From: Euryarchaeota archaeon UBA557
GTDB lineage: Archaea; Thermoplasmatota; Poseidoniia; Poseidoniales; Thalassarchaeaceae
NCBI GenBank assembly: GCA_002503285.1
Contig: DARI01000002.1
Span: forward strand, 150,424 to 214,423
DNA length: 64,000 nucleotides
Direction of reading: 5' to 3'
The notes under the pieces are model-generated. The model was given only the letters and a program-made list of their open reading frames with translations. It was not told the DNA's origin and did not search any database. Positions 48,746-58,655 of the stretch are shown here, piece by piece (position 1 is the stretch's first letter; each line of letters begins with the position of its first letter). The translations under genes were made by a program, and so were the position numbers.

Positions 48746-51700
48746 TTAACTTCCGCTTTGCCGCTGTTGCTCATAATATTGCGCATAATATTCTTCTGCA
48801 TATTTTCTCGCTACGCTTTCTTCATAACCCTGGCCAACCATTTGTTGTACGTATGCTTCAATAGGATCCATCTGTTCAACGCCTCCAAAAGTTTCGATTG
48901 AGTCTTCTTTAGAATCGCTATCAGAACTTCGATTTCTCAGAACAAAGGTTGCTCCGACTACCAGAAGTAAGATTAGGGCTGCTAAACCTCCATATACAAT
49001 CACCATACTATCGCTTTCGCCTTCATTAGATACATCTTCTAAAGGCCTAGGTAAAGTGAATATAGTAATTTTATCATCAATAACGTAACTACCTTCAGAA
49101 ATTCTAATAAATATATCTCCAGTATTTCCATCATTTTCATCATATAAATGTGAAATGTTTAGAGCTAAGTTATAATCATCACCATCACAAAGACCGATTA
49201 TCTTATCATAAAAACCAAATTCTTTCTGAGTTGACTTTGATGCTTCGCCTTTGTCAAAAATTGAAATATCATTTAATGAAATTTCAACTACTACATTGCA
49301 ATCTTCCTCGGCACCACTTGTTACTTGCCCAGTTATGGCCAGAATATCTAATGCATCTAATGCATCAAATCTTTGTCCATCCGTAGTAAATAGATTATCA
49401 GAATCCACTACAGGCGGATCATCCCCAAATAATTCACCAACTACAACGAAAAACATTCTGAATTTTTCACTTTGAAGTCCTTTGAAATCAGTAACAACTA
49501 ATTCCAATCTTATTTGATTAGTTTGAATATTGTTTGCAGTTACATTCTTGAAAGCATAACTCCATTCTGGGCCTGCTCCCGATGGGCGGACAAACGAGTG
49601 TTTAGTATCAGATACTTGGCCCACCATATCTACTTGCACATCATCAACTATTGTCCAAGTGTATGTCTTTATTCCAGTACCTACGTCACTGCTATTTTCG
49701 GCAGTAAATGATATAGAAGTATCTCCCGATTCTGACAAACGTACAGTATATACTGGATAATATGCATATACCGGATCCCCTGAAGAGTCAATCCCTATTG
49801 GAACTCGCTTAGTCTCAGAAAACTCAAGATTTCCTGCAGTAACAATTTCGTCCCTGACAATAGATGCATTTGCGATAGGCCTAGAGTTATCAGCATCAAC
49901 ATCATTGGTGTAGAGAGTGATTTGCGTTAAACGAGTATGCCCGTATTCATCATGTAAATATAATTTCAATATCCATTGAGCATCTATTTTACAACCAGAT
50001 TCCGAATTTGCATCCGATACACACAAAGTTGCATTTACAGGAATATCTTTTACTTCTTGATGAATTGAACTTAATTTACCTGCATCCAAAATATTTCCAT
50101 CCCAACCAGTTACTGAATCATTATTTCCTGATTCTAGAGTCCAGTCAGCAAATATTCCTTCGACATCAGTAGTAAAGCTGAATTCTAATTCAGAGTTACT
50201 TCTGATTGCAGTCGTTACATAATTTCCAGACAAGGCATCTATTGAAGGGGCCTTTCCATCAATAGTCATATCGAACCCTTCTCCGGCGATTCCGAAATCC
50301 ATTGGATAAGGAGTAAAGTGGAAATCTAGAATACTTGAGAGTAATGGTATCGTAGAGCCACCATAACTTTCTGAGAGACTAGGATTTTCAACATCCATGG
50401 TCGTAACTATCAATCCTCCTTGATAATAATTACAAACTGACATTAATGATTGTGTAGGATTATCTTGATCTTTAATTAGAGTATGGAAAGTTCCTGTAGG
50501 GCTATTAATACGCCCACCGCATACTTGTGGAATTTGAGTTGATGTTACTTGAGATATATCAAGTCCTGATAATGCAACATAAGCACCTCCATGTACAGCG
50601 GCAAATGCAGAAGAGTCTACATCACTCATTATTGGATGGAAAGGGTCGATAATAGATATATTATCATAGCCAATCCTATTATCCATTGTTGAGTTAAATT
50701 GATTTCTCATTGCAATATCGATCCCAAAAGGTAATCTCTCAGGCATAAAATCATTTCTATATGGTCCTAAATGCATTTGAACAGTTCCTCCAGTTTGCAT
50801 ATAATTTTCCAAAGTTTCAGTTAAACTCAACCCATCTGTATCTCTAGTTTGGCCCATTAATTGATAATAATCACCATATTCTACATTATAATCTGTTTGC
50901 CATGGAAGTAATACTTTTTCATAATGCTCTACCCAGTCAGGAGTAGCGTAAGTTTCCCAATCATTTACTCTTAGTTGAGTATAAGTTTTACCCATTGATT
51001 CAAGATCTTGTTTAACTCTTTGAAGGCGATTTTGATCAGTTGGATTTGATAGAATTAGAACATCAATATCATCCATGAATAATATCTCGAAATATCTATC
51101 ATTTCCAGATTTTTCACCATCAGAACCCAAAGTTGCTGAGAAACTAATATTGTAAGTATGGCCACCTATCCATTCAGAATATGGGCTAGACCAATTTGCA
51201 GTTGCCCTCGAATGAGGGTCCAAAGTAAATGGTCCATTATCCGCATTTTGTTGATACACAGTATTACCATTTGTAATGTCAACTATACTCATGGTTAGAA
51301 TATAGTCGCCAGCAATAACTCCATTAAGCAATGGTAAGGAAAAACTATGAGAATTGGAAGATGTGCCATCAGGATTAGTCGGATAAACACATTTGAGCGT
51401 TATATCTGAAGCACAGTCCAACACATTTGGTTGCATCAATGTAATATCAGCGCTTGCAATACTCAAAATAATTGAAGAAAAATTGTTTGCAACATTTACT
51501 TCATCATTGTTAAACCAAGGAGTGTCAGGTATTGAATTATTAAAAATAGTTTCAACATCTATTTTGTAAATTCCACTATTAAAATCATGATTGGTTACAG
51601 TCACAGTTTGTTGTTCAGTTGAGTCCATGCCGTTAACTGGTACTGAGTAAGTGCCATCATCTTCGAAGGTAAACTCCTCAACACGAATATTATCAACTGC

Positions 51701-54700
51701 AAATCCTGCCAATCCCGCATTTCCATTTACTCCGTCACTGTTGGATTGGAATCTCCATGTCAATGATACATCAGAATTAGCCAATGTAGTGCATTCAGTA
51801 GTCCATGTGAAAGAATCAGAGTTAGTTTGATTAAGTACAGTTATATGTGTTAAATCTAATGTTACTGACTTCATTAAGCTTTCAGAATCATACCATGAAA
51901 CAGAATCATACTGATCAGAATAGTCTCCAAAGTATTCTACTTCATCATAACCATTACCATCAAAATCTTCACAGTAATGATATAAATTACCTCCAGATCC
52001 TTGTGCCAATAGTAATCCATTTTCATTCAAATCTGTCCAACTTCCGTAAACAATACCATTGTATAATTCACCATCTTTAGACCATTCTATTTCTAAAAAT
52101 GCTACATCCCTTTCTGCCAATACTTGGCCTTGATTATTTTTCAAAGAATCGCCCTCAGCAAAGTAATCGAATGTAAGATAAGTAAAATCAGCACCTGAGC
52201 CTCCAACAGCGATAGGGTCAATTGAAAATGATTCATTCCAATTATCTCCATATCCGGTATCAGGATGTCCCAGCCAGTATGCACCACTATTGAAAATTCC
52301 AACATTCTGTGGCAACATTGAGTTAGTTCCAGACGAGTCGTCTAATTTACTACCATTTTCATGGCCTATTTCATCATTATCATCAGACCAAATAGGCTCA
52401 AATCCTGAAAAATCTTCAATGGCAATTAAATCTGGCTCTGCGTTTTGAATTTTTGCCTGAACTTCAAAGTCGACGATAGTGTTGCCCCAATTTTGAACCC
52501 TTACTTCAATATCTCTTGTACCAGAAGCATATCTTTGACCATTTTCTAAACTCGGCCATGCCTTTTCAGCAAGTCCTGGATCAAAGAGGTTCTTTACAGT
52601 TAATTGGAATTTAATCTCATCATTTGTAGAGTCTTGATCGCTATTGCCAGATGGATTTGTAATTGTCACATCATTTAGAGATGTAGAAATATAATATGTA
52701 GTGTTGTTGACGAAATCTGCACTAAGCTGTACTATCCTATTTTCACCAGCAGCCAAATCAGTGAAAGAAATTTCTTGGCTAGCATCAGTGACATTTCCAA
52801 ATTCAACATTCCTCTTCCTAATAGTTAAGTTATCAAAAGCGAAACCATCTAATCCTGATCCAGATGATGAACCTGCAGGCCCTACAGTACCTTCTAAACC
52901 GCTTCTAAATCTAAATCTAATATCAATTATTTCACCTGCATAGGGAGTTAAATCAATTGATTCCGTCTCCGAAGGATCATCCGAAATTCCTCCGTCTTCA
53001 GTATAATTTATCCATCCTGAGGCATAATTACTTCCTCCAAAATTAACGTTATAATTATTATATTCTGGATCTTGATCGAACGCGTATAATCTTATGAGTC
53101 GTTCATTATCCCATCCACCCATTCTAGATACTTCCTGCCAACCATTTCCTTCACTCCATACTTCTATACCGCATGCATCTTCGTAAAGCCATCTTTCAAC
53201 AACAGAATATGCTTCGGCAAGGAAAAGTTCGAAAAATCCTGCACTGCACATCATAGAAATATCCATGAATGCAGCATCTGAACCAGTCAAATCTATATTC
53301 TCAAGAATAATTGCTTCATCCATATGATTAACATAACCAGATTTTTCTTCAGCAGAGTTATTTGTACCATCATCATAATCCATTCCAGCCCAGTAGTAAT
53401 TTGTTGGATTACTATCTGCTTCGTACCAAGAGACGTTTTCTGAATCAGCAGTAGAATTTGTTTCTAAATGCCATGAGGACTCTCCTTCTGAATATTCGCC
53501 CGTATATGAATAACTTGACAATTGAGCATTACCAATATTTATGAGAGGATTACTAGTTTCAAAATCGTGTGAATACACTACTGTATCTGAACCTCCCAAT
53601 ACTTCTTTAACTTCTAAATTGACGTCAACGCTTCCAGAATTTATAGCATTTAGTCCAGTATTTCTTACAGTAACATTGACCCATCGATTACCTTCGCCTA
53701 GCATTGCCCTACCTGTTGAGGGATCTACAGAAGAAGGTTCAATAGTAACTCCAGTTAGTCCTAAATCAAAATTATCTAAAGTCAAAACTGATAGATAATC
53801 ACTTGCACCTGGCCATCCTTGCGTATCAAGCCACATAGCATTATTTGCAAACCTGTATGCGTAATCTTTCTGCCCTATTATTATTTCTAGGGCACTGTCA
53901 TCTCCCCCTTGTAATTGCCCTGGCATTGCAACACTTGGCCTTCTTCCCACATCAAATGAAAGAGAGGGTAAATATCCACCAGAACCATCGCCAAGTATAA
54001 TCTCAACTGTATTTGTAGCCCTTAAATTCTCCAAGGAAAGATAAGTCTGATTTTGAGAGGATGAGTCTTGAATTATTTCCAATGTTAATTCAGTGGGAAT
54101 AAAGAAATCCATATCACCGTCTCCATTGACATCAGCTATTGTCAATGATGCTCCCAAGTAATTTCCTAATTCATTGACATAATTATTAGTATTCCAACTA
54201 GTTCCAGATTTTGTAGCATAATGGACTCTGCCTTCGATTCCATCTATGGCTGCAATCAGATCTATTTCATTAACATCATCATCAGGAGTAGTGTCTGAAA
54301 TATCTATACCATAGAGTGGATAATTATGCTCAACATTTAGTTTAAATTCATGCATTCCCTGGGCTGCAGGGTCCATTGGATTCGGATAAAAAACGTTTCC
54401 TGCAGTAGGCAGGCAATTGAATTCTAGTACTGTCATATTATCGAAATGCCCTGCAGAGTAACCTACCCCTACATTTGACGGAGGAGTACGTAGTAGCCAT
54501 AAATCTAAATCTTCACAATCACCAGTGGTTGGTATGCCAATGCCTCCACCTTGAACAGTTTCTCCCCAGTGGCCTAACATCACATCAGTGTAAATTCCGT
54601 TTGTTAATGGAACAGGGATGGTTTGTTGGTTAATTGGAAGAGTGTAATCTGGGCCCATGTAAACCTGTATGTACTGATTTGCACCAGTACTGTCCGTAGT

Positions 54701-55306
54701 TACGAAAACAGTATCTGCATTACCATCGCCATTAATATCTGCAACATCTAAGTCTTGCAAGTAAGGATTTGTGACTGTGATTGAAGCCATGTCTTCCCAC
54801 AGGTTGACCCTATCGTCACAAACTCCCTTCAATACAGTTAGATTTGCTGGCCTAACAAATGATTCCCCTACAAATCTTATATTTTGTTGATAATAGATTA
54901 TATCATTTATTTCATCGCCATCCACATCGGCTATTTCGGCTCTAGTTCCGTCGGCAGTATCTCTAAAACCAGCACGCCGTGTATCATTATTCGAGATATA
55001 TATGTCTTGTCTATCTGCAAAGGAACCCGTAGGAGTACTTTCTGCATTTCCAAAACCATCATTATAAAGAACACTTAGGAAATGCCCCATGGTGCTTGCT
55101 GCAATGATATCATTATCTCCATCACAATCTAAGTCTCCGACTGCAATTGCAGAAGGATCTCTTTGAACTGCATATTGAGTCGTATGAGAGCCATAAACTG
55201 TGGGAACTAAGGTAATTAATGTTGAAGACACCATGAGAATTACTATTCCCAATGCTTTTCCTATGGCGATATCACGGCCACTTTCTTTATTCGGTCTATT
55301 AAACAT
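48746..55306 (-). CDS. Giant membrane-anchored surface protein (FG-GAP repeats, jelly-roll, CARDB/PKD-like domains)
   Basis: Signal peptide; GDLDCDGDND, ADVDGD, ADINGDG, ADVNGDGDMD repeats; two RFxS...GFAxDN modules; C-terminal TM and short tail; 2186 aa. Confidence 0.85.
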   Translation of the reverse strand: MFNRPNKESGRDIAIGKALGIVILMVSSTLITLVPTVYGSHTTQYAVQRDPSAIAVGDLDCDGDNDIIAASTMGHFLSVLYNDGFGNAESTPTGSFADRQDIYISNNDTRRAGFRDTADGTRAEIADVDGDEINDIIYYQQNIRFVGESFVRPANLTVLKGVCDDRVNLWEDMASITVTNPYLQDLDVADINGDGNADTVFVTTDSTGANQYIQVYMGPDYTLPINQQTIPVPLTNGIYTDVMLGHWGETVQGGGIGIPTTGDCEDLDLWLLRTPPSNVGVGYSAGHFDNMTVLEFNCLPTAGNVFYPNPMDPAAQGMHEFKLNVEHNYPLYGIDISDTTPDDDVNEIDLIAAIDGIEGRVHYATKSGTSWNTNNYVNELGNYLGASLTIADVNGDGDMDFFIPTELTLEIIQDSSSQNQTYLSLENLRATNTVEIILGDGSGGYLPSLSFDVGRRPSVAMPGQLQGGDDSALEIIIGQKDYAYRFANNAMWLDTQGWPGASDYLSVLTLDNFDLGLTGVTIEPSSVDPSTGRAMLGEGNRWVNVTVRNTGLNAINSGSVDVNLEVKEVLGGSDTVVYSHDFETSNPLINIGNAQLSSYSYTGEYSEGESSWHLETNSTADSENVSWYEADSNPTNYYWAGMDYDDGTNNSAEEKSGYVNHMDEAIILENIDLTGSDAAFMDISMMCSAGFFELFLAEAYSVVERWLYEDACGIEVWSEGNGWQEVSRMGGWDNERLIRLYAFDQDPEYNNYNVNFGGSNYASGWINYTEDGGISDDPSETESIDLTPYAGEIIDIRFRFRSGLEGTVGPAGSSSGSGLDGFAFDNLTIRKRNVEFGNVTDASQEISFTDLAAGENRIVQLSADFVNNTTYYISTSLNDVTITNPSGNSDQDSTNDEIKFQLTVKNLFDPGLAEKAWPSLENGQRYASGTRDIEVRVQNWGNTIVDFEVQAKIQNAEPDLIAIEDFSGFEPIWSDDNDEIGHENGSKLDDSSGTNSMLPQNVGIFNSGAYWLGHPDTGYGDNWNESFSIDPIAVGGSGADFTYLTFDYFAEGDSLKNNQGQVLAERDVAFLEIEWSKDGELYNGIVYGSWTDLNENGLLLAQGSGGNLYHYCEDFDGNGYDEVEYFGDYSDQYDSVSWYDSESLMKSVTLDLTHITVLNQTNSDSFTWTTECTTLANSDVSLTWRFQSNSDGVNGNAGLAGFAVDNIRVEEFTFEDDGTYSVPVNGMDSTEQQTVTVTNHDFNSGIYKIDVETIFNNSIPDTPWFNNDEVNVANNFSSIILSIASADITLMQPNVLDCASDITLKCVYPTNPDGTSSNSHSFSLPLLNGVIAGDYILTMSIVDITNGNTVYQQNADNGPFTLDPHSRATANWSSPYSEWIGGHTYNISFSATLGSDGEKSGNDRYFEILFMDDIDVLILSNPTDQNRLQRVKQDLESMGKTYTQLRVNDWETYATPDWVEHYEKVLLPWQTDYNVEYGDYYQLMGQTRDTDGLSLTETLENYMQTGGTVQMHLGPYRNDFMPERLPFGIDIAMRNQFNSTMDNRIGYDNISIIDPFHPIMSDVDSSAFAAVHGGAYVALSGLDISQVTSTQIPQVCGGRINSPTGTFHTLIKDQDNPTQSLMSVCNYYQGGLIVTTMDVENPSLSESYGGSTIPLLSSILDFHFTPYPMDFGIAGEGFDMTIDGKAPSIDALSGNYVTTAIRSNSELEFSFTTDVEGIFADWTLESGNNDSVTGWDGNILDAGKLSSIHQEVKDIPVNATLCVSDANSESGCKIDAQWILKLYLHDEYGHTRLTQITLYTNDVDADNSRPIANASIVRDEIVTAGNLEFSETKRVPIGIDSSGDPVYAYYPVYTVRLSESGDTSISFTAENSSDVGTGIKTYTWTIVDDVQVDMVGQVSDTKHSFVRPSGAGPEWSYAFKNVTANNIQTNQIRLELVVTDFKGLQSEKFRMFFVVVGELFGDDPPVVDSDNLFTTDGQRFDALDALDILAITGQVTSGAEEDCNVVVEISLNDISIFDKGEASKSTQKEFGFYDKIIGLCDGDDYNLALNISHLYDENDGNTGDIFIRISEGSYVIDDKITIFTLPRPLEDVSNEGESDSMVIVYGGLAALILLLVVGATFVLRNRSSDSDSKEDSIETFGGVEQMDPIEAYVQQMVGQGYEESVARKYAEEYYAQYYEQQRQSGS

Positions 55307-55401
55307 GATACTTGGGACATTCGCCTTGTTATTATGCCTTATTGACTCGTGGGCTTCAAAATATTTTTAAATAAGATAAATTGATAGGTAAAAATTAATG
55401 A

Positions 55402-55887
55402 TTATTGAGATTCCAACCAACTAGGGTTAGGAGAATATTGAACTTCCGCACCGCCATAGATTCTTTCCAATCTCCCCATAATCCATAATCTATCCAAAAA
55501 TATCTCCAAATCAGCATCTTCGCGATTCATTTTTTCACCAAGCGCCTTCTCAATAGAACTTATTGGCAGAGATGAATGCCCGTGTTCTCTAACGACCAGA
55601 GTCATCAGTAATTGTAACCATGCTTCTGCTTGGGGATCTCCCGAAAGATTATTTGAAAGTGGTTCAGGGATTTCTACTTCATTCAAAAATTCAATTATAG
55701 CGTTTAAATTTGGTTCAGTTTTTTTAGAGAAGCCCAATTCTTCTACTCTCAAATCTAAATCGAGGTTTCCGACTGCTCTTACTACTGATGGGATACTTGA
55801 AGGATTTGGTGGAGGACCTGGTAAAGTAGGCACATCTACAACATCCTCTTCTTCACTCACAATTGCCTCTGCTGGGGTCCTTAACAT
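55402..55887 (-). CDS. Hypothetical protein with Pro-rich N-terminus and probable C-terminal winged helix
   Basis: PTLPGPPPNP; ISSIEKAL...LEIFLDRLWIMGRLER...VQY; begins 14 nt after the acnA stop. Confidence 0.65.
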   Translation of the reverse strand: MLRTPAEAIVSEEEDVVDVPTLPGPPPNPSSIPSVVRAVGNLDLDLRVEELGFSKKTEPNLNAIIEFLNEVEIPEPLSNNLSGDPQAEAWLQLLMTLVVREHGHSSLPISSIEKALGEKMNREDADLEIFLDRLWIMGRLERIYGGAEVQYSPNPSWLESQ

Positions 55888-55901
55888 AAAGTTCTCTAAA
55901 T

Positions 55902-58592
55902 TTATTTTTTTGCAAGATTACGTAATACGGTTTGTAAAATTCCGCCGTTCCTGAAGTATTCAACTTCTACTGAAGTATCTAATCGTACTTTGGCATGAAA
56001 ATTTATTATACTTCCATCATCTTTTTTTGCTATTACATTAATCAGAGACAAAGGTTCTAGATTAGCCGATATTGGTATATCATAAAATTCAGTCCCATCT
56101 AATCCTAAACTATTGGCATCTTGCCCTTCTAGGAAAGTTAGAGGTAACACTCCCATTCCAACTAAATTTGATCTATGGATTCTTTCGTATGAGGTTGCTA
56201 TAACTGCCTTTATACCTAATAAAAGCGTCCCTTTAGCAGCCCAATCCCTACTACTGCCAGTTCCATATTGTGATCCCGCAAGTACTACTAGAGGAGTTTG
56301 TTCTGTCAGATATTTCTGGCTGGCATCAAAAATTGAAGTTACTTCATTTGAAGGTAGATGAGTTGTGAATCCTCCTTCTGTGCCTGGCGCCATTTCGTTT
56401 CTTATTCTAACATTGGCAAATGTGCCCCTCATCATAACCTCATGATTTCCACGCCTACTTCCAAAGGAGTTGAAGTCCCTTGGGCCTACTCCTTTGTTGA
56501 TTAGATAAACGCCAGCCGGTCCAGATTGAGGAAATGCTCCAGCAGGACTTATGTGGTCAGTGGTTATTGAATCGCCAAGTTTCAAAAGAACTCTTGCATT
56601 TGTAATTGGAATTATCGGGTCCGGTTCTTTTTTAATTCCCTCAAAGAATGTCGGTAGACGGACATATGTTGATGATTCATCCCAATCATATAGTGCTGAA
56701 TTTTGACTAGGTATTGATTCCCATCTGGGTTCTTCCAATACATCAAGATATCTTTCTCTGAACATTTCTGGACTTATTGCCTTTGAAATAACTTCTTGTA
56801 TTTCTTCATCTGATGGCCAAATATCAGAGAGCATTATCGGATCTCCAGAATCAGAAAATCCTAGTGGATCTTCGCTAAAATTAACATTAAGAGTTCCGGC
56901 CAAAGCATATGCTACAACTAAAGGTGGACTTGCCAAATAATTGGCTTTCACCTTTTGATGAATTCTTCCCTCAAAATTTCTATTACCTGATAATACACTT
57001 CCAACAATTAAATTTGATTCGTCTATTGCTCCCTCTATGGCTTTATCCAATGGCCCAGAGTTCCCAATACACGTAGTGCAACCATACCCTACAACATTAA
57101 AACCAAGATGAGATAGATCTTCAGTAAGTTCTGCGGCATCAAAATATTCAGTAACTACTCTACTTCCTGGAGCCAAACTCGGCTTAACCCATGGTTTAAT
57201 TTTAAGCCCTTTTGATCTTGCATTTCTTGCCAATAAGCCTGCGGCCATCATTACACTTGGGTTACTAGTATTGGTGCAACTTGTAATGGCTGCAATAACA
57301 ACATCTCCATGTTTTAAATATTCTGAAGTCCCAGATATTTTTGCCATGTCATCATTGCTAGATATTTCAATACCATGACCATGGGGCCCTAAATCACTGT
57401 TTAGTGATTTTTTGAAATGTACCTTCATTTTTGATAAATCGACTCTATCTTGAGGTCTTTTTGGTCCTGCCATCGCCGGATCAACATTTGATAAATCCAA
57501 TGATAATGAAGATGTAAAATTAGGAGCAATAGTATTAGAATCCGCAAAAAGTCCTTGTTTTTTAAGATACAATTTCACATTATCGACATGTTTTGGGTCC
57601 CTTCCTGAAAGAATCATGTAGTCTAATGTTTTATCATCAACAGGAAAGAATCCACAAGTAGCTCCATATTCAGGTGCCATATTAGCAATTGTAGCCCTGT
57701 CTGGTAGGCTGAGGTTAGAAATTCCGGCGCCATAAAATTCTACAAATTTACCAACGCAGTCATGTTTACGTAACATTTCAACAATTCTTAGAGCCATATC
57801 AGTAGCAGTTACTCCAGGATTTAATTTTCCAGTTAATTCAAACCCTACAACTTTTGGCAATAACATATATATTGGTTGACCAAGCATAACTGCTTCGGCC
57901 TCTATCCCTCCTACTCCCCATCCTAAAACTCCAAGTCCGTTTATCATTGTAGTATGAGAATCGGTGCCAACTAATGAGTCCGGAAACCATACATCGTCAT
58001 CGTCTTTCCTCGCTACAGATGCAATCCATTCTAGATTTACTTGGTGTACAATTCCCCTTCCTGGAGGTACGGCTCGAAAATTATCAAGACTATTTTGCCC
58101 CCATTTTAAAAATTTATAACGTTCCATATTTCTCTCGTATTCGATATCTAGGTTACGTTCTTTGGCATCTTTGAATAATCCAGAATAATCGACTTGAACA
58201 GAGTGGTCGATAACTAAGTCCACTGGGACTTGAGGATTTACTTTTTCCGGATCGCCCCCTAATCCAACCATTGCATCCCTTAATGCAGCAATATCTACTA
58301 CTGCGGGAACTCCTGTAAAATCTTGAAGCAATACTCTACTTGGACTGAATGGGATTTCCTTGGGCGTCATATCAGGACTCCAAGAAGCAATTCGCAAAAC
58401 ATCTTCTTCGGATATTAGAAAACCATCGCAATTCCTTAATGCTGACTCCAATAGAATTCTTATGGTAAATGGTAAATCATTTAATTTACAAATTCCTTTA
58501 TTTTCTAATGCTTGTAAACTCATGTAGTAAGACTCTTTACCTTCGGAAGTGATAAATTTTGATAACGAATCAAAGGGAGAATTAGCAATCAT
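55902..58592 (-). CDS. acnA: Aconitate hydratase A
   Basis: QDFTGVP, DHSVQVD, GTDSHT, AAITSCTNTSNP, GCTTCIGNSG, GSSRDWAAKG. Confidence 0.98.
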   Translation of the reverse strand: MIANSPFDSLSKFITSEGKESYYMSLQALENKGICKLNDLPFTIRILLESALRNCDGFLISEEDVLRIASWSPDMTPKEIPFSPSRVLLQDFTGVPAVVDIAALRDAMVGLGGDPEKVNPQVPVDLVIDHSVQVDYSGLFKDAKERNLDIEYERNMERYKFLKWGQNSLDNFRAVPPGRGIVHQVNLEWIASVARKDDDDVWFPDSLVGTDSHTTMINGLGVLGWGVGGIEAEAVMLGQPIYMLLPKVVGFELTGKLNPGVTATDMALRIVEMLRKHDCVGKFVEFYGAGISNLSLPDRATIANMAPEYGATCGFFPVDDKTLDYMILSGRDPKHVDNVKLYLKKQGLFADSNTIAPNFTSSLSLDLSNVDPAMAGPKRPQDRVDLSKMKVHFKKSLNSDLGPHGHGIEISSNDDMAKISGTSEYLKHGDVVIAAITSCTNTSNPSVMMAAGLLARNARSKGLKIKPWVKPSLAPGSRVVTEYFDAAELTEDLSHLGFNVVGYGCTTCIGNSGPLDKAIEGAIDESNLIVGSVLSGNRNFEGRIHQKVKANYLASPPLVVAYALAGTLNVNFSEDPLGFSDSGDPIMLSDIWPSDEEIQEVISKAISPEMFRERYLDVLEEPRWESIPSQNSALYDWDESSTYVRLPTFFEGIKKEPDPIIPITNARVLLKLGDSITTDHISPAGAFPQSGPAGVYLINKGVGPRDFNSFGSRRGNHEVMMRGTFANVRIRNEMAPGTEGGFTTHLPSNEVTSIFDASQKYLTEQTPLVVLAGSQYGTGSSRDWAAKGTLLLGIKAVIATSYERIHRSNLVGMGVLPLTFLEGQDANSLGLDGTEFYDIPISANLEPLSLINVIAKKDDGSIINFHAKVRLDTSVEVEYFRNGGILQTVLRNLAKK

Positions 58593-58655
58593 ATAGATAC
58601 CTACATTCTTTCGAGTAGGCAGGGTCCTTTTAACCCTACTAAAATTAAAATAAAA

